64,000 bases of DNA from Desulfatiglandales bacterium (lineage in GTDB: Bacteria > Desulfobacterota > DSM-4660 > Desulfatiglandales > HGW-15), in assembly GCA_963667015.2 (NCBI GenBank), contig CAXXJJ010000001.1, positions 256,001 to 320,000 of the forward strand, written 5' to 3'. A model generated the notes under the pieces. It made no database searches. It was given only the letters and a program-made list of their open reading frames with translations, and was not told the DNA's origin. The position numbers and the translations under genes are program-made. Of this stretch, positions 60,048-64,000 are shown in pieces. Each line of letters begins with the position of its first letter. Within the stretch, counting starts at the first letter, position 1.

Positions 60048-60243
60048 TATGTATTATTCTTACCATAACCGGAAATAGCTTACACAGTTTTTAGGCATTA
60101 GTTTACACACTTTATTTTTATTTCCAAATATCTTTGATATTACCTCAAGCAATACACAGGTATAACTAATTGATATTTATTGATATTAATTTTTAATTGA
60201 AATTATTTCACGCTCTGTAATAATTGGCATCACTCTTGCTTTA
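60048..60243 (+). promoter_or_regulatory. Sigma54 promoter unit 1 (no intact gene downstream)
   Basis: TGGCAT-CACTC-TTGC at 60225-60239; IHF-like TAACTAATTGATA at 60163-60175; upstream TTACA elements shared with unit 2. Confidence 0.75.
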
Positions 60244-60350
60244 TACTTCTTTAAAATTTGATAACCGATATAAAAACTCCTCCAAGGTTAAGTGTTGGCC
60301 TGTCAAATTTTAAAAAGTAATTATTGATCTGATCAATCAATAAAAACCCG

Positions 60351-60383
60351 AAAAAGCAGGGTCTTTTAGACCCTGCTTTTTTT
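60351..60383 (+). terminator. Intrinsic terminator, copy 1
   Basis: AAAAAGCAGGGTCT-TTT-AGACCCTGCTTTTTTT. Confidence 0.85.
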
Positions 60384-60482
60384 ATGATTCCTGTAATACA
60401 AAATCATGTTTAATTCCGGATGTATGATGAATATGAGAAGCCTGATTTTTAGAATATACCCGCAATAATGAGATGGAAAATG

Positions 60483-60675
60483 TATGTATTTTCCTTACCA
60501 TATGGGAAACGGATTACATAGTTTTTTGGTAAAGTTTTACAAAGTGCGGTTTGTAATTTAAAAGCATTCGATTTCCCTGTAAATAACACAGCTGTAACAT
60601 ATTGGATTTTATTGATAAATATATTTTATTAAATTAATTAAGTCCCTGTAATAATTGGCATCTCTCTTGCTTTAT
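60483..60675 (+). promoter_or_regulatory. Sigma54 promoter unit 2 for the PEP-CTERM gene
   Basis: TGGCAT-CTCTC-TTGC at 60656-60670; IHF-like site near 60595; GTAAAGTTTTACA enhancer-like element near 60529. Confidence 0.8.
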
Positions 60676-60753
60676 CAAGAACCAAATGAAAGTAATCAAC
60701 AACAGTAGTTGGTGAATATTATAAACATGTAGCAAGCTTTGGGGAGGAATATT

Positions 60754-61311
60754 ATGAAAAAATTTTTATTGTTTTTATTTTGTATATTTTTATTGTTATC
60801 GTTTAATGCCAGCGCCCTAACCATAGATCCATCGCTCGATGATGAGGAATATTGCTGGGATCTACTTATGACTGGAACTGAAACAAGCGTACCCAAAATT
60901 TATGATGAGATTGGAAATACTGCTGTCTCCGCAGATACTGAGCTCTATAAAATCGAGATAGAAGAAGGAGCGTTCACAGAATCAGGTTCATTAGCAGGTA
61001 ACTACTCCGGCGAATTGGTAGACGATTCTAGCTGGGCTAATATCACTTATGATGAAGGGATAGCTGCTGATTTTGCGACATACCTCCTAGTGAAAGACGG
61101 CAATCATAGTCCAGCTTGGTATTTATATGACATATCATGTTGGAACGGCATTGACTCTCTTAATCTAACAGGATTTTGGCCTGATGGTGGTGGAATTTCG
61201 CATGTTTCCCTTTATGGAACTGGGGCACCAGTCCCTGAACCAGCAACAATGCTTCTTCTTGGCTCAGGGTTAGTTGGCCTCGCAGGATTTAGAAGAAAAT
61301 TTAAAAAGTAA
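60754..61311 (+). CDS. PEP-CTERM exosortase substrate protein
   Basis: GGAGG RBS; MKKFLL signal peptide; acidic body; VPEPATMLLLGSGLVGLAGFRRKFKK C-terminus. Confidence 0.95.
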   Translation: MKKFLLFLFCIFLLLSFNASALTIDPSLDDEEYCWDLLMTGTETSVPKIYDEIGNTAVSADTELYKIEIEEGAFTESGSLAGNYSGELVDDSSWANITYDEGIAADFATYLLVKDGNHSPAWYLYDISCWNGIDSLNLTGFWPDGGGISHVSLYGTGAPVPEPATMLLLGSGLVGLAGFRRKFKK

Positions 61312-61340
61312 ATATTGATCTGATCAATCAATAAAACCCG

Positions 61341-61373
61341 AAAAAGCAGGGTCTTTGAGACCCTGCTTTTTTT
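61341..61373 (+). terminator. Intrinsic terminator, copy 2
   Basis: AAAAAGCAGGGTCT-TTG-AGACCCTGCTTTTTTT. Confidence 0.85.
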
Positions 61374-61917
61374 GTTTAAAACTTCCTTTTTCTATACCCC
61401 GGGTTTAAAATCATTGACATGACAGTTGTGTGAAAGCTAACCTGTTTTTATATTGCCTCTCAACAGAATCAAACCGCGTTAGCGGTGAAATATTAATAGA
61501 AACCATTGTTCTAACACAATTAAAATCCCTGCGGGACGACACAAATTATTTAAGCAACAATAAAAAATCCACACCGTAGAAAGAACGTTTACAATAAAAT
61601 AATATATGTCGCTGTTAAGGAGCTTTCTATTTATACCTATCCGATATTCTATTAATATGCCGCATCCTTCGGATGCTCTACTGAAAAGCGCATTCTCAAA
61701 CGGACAGGATATTTACGCATCCTTAAGTAAAAGGAGCATTCAAATATGAAAAGATCATTGAGTTGAAAGGTTGAGTATTAAATATAAATAGTGTAAAAAA
61801 GACCTCCCGGTATGGCACCTTTACAGCTTCATGATCCATAATTACATACTAATTTTAAAATGCATTTTCTCCTGCGAGGGAATGACAATACACGTGAAAC
61901 TCTAACTGATTAATAAT

Positions 61918-62865
61918 ATGACAATATTCTATCAGCAGGTTTACGAAAATATCGCTACTATGTTGAATGCCGGTATTGATCTTAAAAAAACCCTTCATAC
62001 CTCGGTAAATGGTGCACATCAAAAACTTCATGATGCTGTCATTGCCATAGAAAAATCCGTCAGCAGAGGTAATACCTTAACCATAGCCTTTTCAAGGCAT
62101 CCTGAAATGTTTCCTCCTTTTGACAGGGCCATGATCGAGGCAGGAGAAAGATCAGGCAAACTGCCTGAAATATTTAACTCCCTGGCCGACTGGTACAGGT
62201 TAAAGTCACGCATGATGATGATCATAAGGTCAGGTCTGATAAAACCGCTTTTGACCCTGACTGCTGCGGCATTTATTATGCCTGCGCCGGTGATTATGAC
62301 ATCAGCAGGTAGATATCTATTTTATGTTATCCTCTTACTCGTGATCTTTTATATTCCACCGCTAACACTGGTAATCCTTTACAAAAAACTTCACAAAAAG
62401 GGATCTTTCAGAGTATTTCTTGAAAAGGGATTATTAAAAATTCCGGTAGCCGGAAAGGCCATACGGAACATGGAGCTTGGCAGGTACAGTTTTGGTTTTT
62501 GGATGTTATATGAAAGCGGTGTTCCTGTAGATAAATGCGCGCAGATTGCCGCTGACCTCTGCGGAAATAGCGTGATCGCAGATATGTTTTCAGGCGGACA
62601 GGAGAGAGCCCAAGAGGGGAACCCTGTTTCAGCCGGGTTTTCCCGGGATCTGCCGGAAGATTTTTTATCCATATGGAAAGTTGGGGAAGAAAGCGGTCGG
62701 CTGGGTGAAACATTAAAAAGAATTCATGAAAAGCTCCTGGAAAGGGCGGAATATAATTTCATAGAACTTTCCCGCTGGATCCCGCGTATTGTTTCCGGAT
62801 TGATTGCCATATTTTTTATATGGTACATACTGAAAAGCTGGAATATCTTTTTGCCAGGGATATAA
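61918..62865 (+). CDS. Type II secretion F / PilC family protein
   Basis: Duplicated domain: MLNAGI...AGERSGKL and YESGVP...VGEESGRL; LLKIPV.G. Confidence 0.88.
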   Translation: MTIFYQQVYENIATMLNAGIDLKKTLHTSVNGAHQKLHDAVIAIEKSVSRGNTLTIAFSRHPEMFPPFDRAMIEAGERSGKLPEIFNSLADWYRLKSRMMMIIRSGLIKPLLTLTAAAFIMPAPVIMTSAGRYLFYVILLLVIFYIPPLTLVILYKKLHKKGSFRVFLEKGLLKIPVAGKAIRNMELGRYSFGFWMLYESGVPVDKCAQIAADLCGNSVIADMFSGGQERAQEGNPVSAGFSRDLPEDFLSIWKVGEESGRLGETLKRIHEKLLERAEYNFIELSRWIPRIVSGLIAIFFIWYILKSWNIFLPGI

Positions 62866-62869
62866 TTAT

Positions 62870-64000
62870 ATGCCCTTATCCATTTTCCAGATCCCCCAGC
62901 AAAAAAAGATTCTTCAGGCCGAGTTCCATCCCCGGAATAATTCAATATTCATTTTATACTCAAACGGTGATCTGCATTCCATCTCTTCTGAAGGAAAGGA
63001 AAGCCGTGTTATCAGCTTTGACTGTGAACCCATTTCCTTCAGGATAAATGCTGCCGGTGATTTGATGGCCATCCTGGCAAGGGGCAAACTGTTTTTTTAC
63101 AGTCTCCTTACCCTGAAGATCTCAAGTATAGATGTGGACGAAAAAATACAGCTCCTGAAATTTTATAAGGATTCTGTCTTATTAAGCGGGTTTCAGAAAA
63201 ACATCATCCTTATGAAACAGAACGGCAGTATTCTGAAAAATATTGAGTTTGATTCACTCATCAGGCAGTTCAGTCCGGTCCCGGCAACTGACAGCCTGAT
63301 CATATACAACCAGGACCGAAGGCTCCTTTGCGCTGATATGGATGGCAAAATCCTGTGGCACATAGAGAATCTTATTATCCATAAGGAAATACAGATATCC
63401 CGAAATGGATATACCGGATACCTCATCCTGGACCCGAATGATCTGCTGCAGTTTGATGTTACGGGCGAGTCTTTTTTTGAAGTGGGCGATGAGCTCAGGA
63501 TTAAATCATTTTCCATATCATGGGATGGAAATAGACTGCTTGTTCTTAATTCGGAGAATGAACTTGTCATGTTAGATAAGGCCGGACTTATATTATGGGA
63601 GTACGGACTGGAGCATGACATAAACCGTATAAGACTTTCTCCCGGAGGAAATTTCTTTTTTACGATTGATAATGATAATGTCCTGAGCCTTTACTCCGCT
63701 GATTCTGTCGAAAAAGAACGTGAAGAGTTCTTTGAGATTACTGATAATAAGAGGATTCATGACAAAGAGGCTGCATGGGTGATCAGACCAGGCGGATATA
63801 ATGACGCGGCAGGACCGAACCTTTTAACAGTCAGCCAGGACGGCACCGTGTTTGGCCTGACAGGTGTTGACGGATGTATCTATTTTTATGATGAATCGGG
63901 GAAAATAAGATATCAGACATCCTTTACATCAACTTTAAAAGATTTAGGAATAAGTGATAACGCCCTTTATGGATATATTTATGGCGGTAATGAAATCACG
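62870..64000 (+). CDS. Beta-propeller (WD40/PQQ-like) protein, partial; not in the ORF track because it runs off the window
   Basis: Open frame from ATG 62870 (MPLSIFQIP...) with repeated motifs DMDGKILW, ISRNG, ISWDG, LSPGG, VSQDG. Confidence 0.75.
   Translation, partial: MPLSIFQIPQQKKILQAEFHPRNNSIFILYSNGDLHSISSEGKESRVISFDCEPISFRINAAGDLMAILARGKLFFYSLLTLKISSIDVDEKIQLLKFYKDSVLLSGFQKNIILMKQNGSILKNIEFDSLIRQFSPVPATDSLIIYNQDRRLLCADMDGKILWHIENLIIHKEIQISRNGYTGYLILDPNDLLQFDVTGESFFEVGDELRIKSFSISWDGNRLLVLNSENELVMLDKAGLILWEYGLEHDINRIRLSPGGNFFFTIDNDNVLSLYSADSVEKEREEFFEITDNKRIHDKEAAWVIRPGGYNDAAGPNLLTVSQDGTVFGLTGVDGCIYFYDESGKIRYQTSFTSTLKDLGISDNALYGYIYGGNEIT

Noticed and set aside
63193..63621. 142-aa minus-strand ORF
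   Set aside because: Shadow of the longer plus-strand beta-propeller ORF starting at 62870.

Overview
Bacterial window. Gene content and protein style (PPDK, EtfAB, FapA, URO-D family, UGSC family, PEP-CTERM) suggest an anaerobic Desulfobacterota-like organism; this is inference. Positions 1-5.5 kb look like the tail of an integron cassette array: short co-oriented ORFs, three recognisable attC sites, further decayed ones, and no integrase in the window. Then come FapA/CBS genes, sugar-active enzymes (GH67, GH3), and an ABC ATPase with a permease-CPBP fusion. The most notable locus is at 21.2-27.5 kb. Four ORFs there join through in-frame UGA codons into two exported UGSC-family selenoproteins of about 580 aa (U-x-x-C motif, SECIS-like hairpins). 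They lie upstream of a periplasmic aryl-sulfate sulfotransferase and a cupin. The middle of the window is housekeeping (cysteine desulfurase, ppdK, etfBA, tRNA-Met, fabD, repair genes) and hides a candidate sigma54-driven small RNA. The right part has an intact IS1634, a TonB receptor with a nucleoside-hydrolase/FmdE fusion, a RAYT transposase with its REPs, glycosyltransferases, a PEP-CTERM gene preceded by an empty duplicate of its promoter-terminator unit, and a PilC/GspF-family gene. All family calls are by motif recognition; no searches were run.
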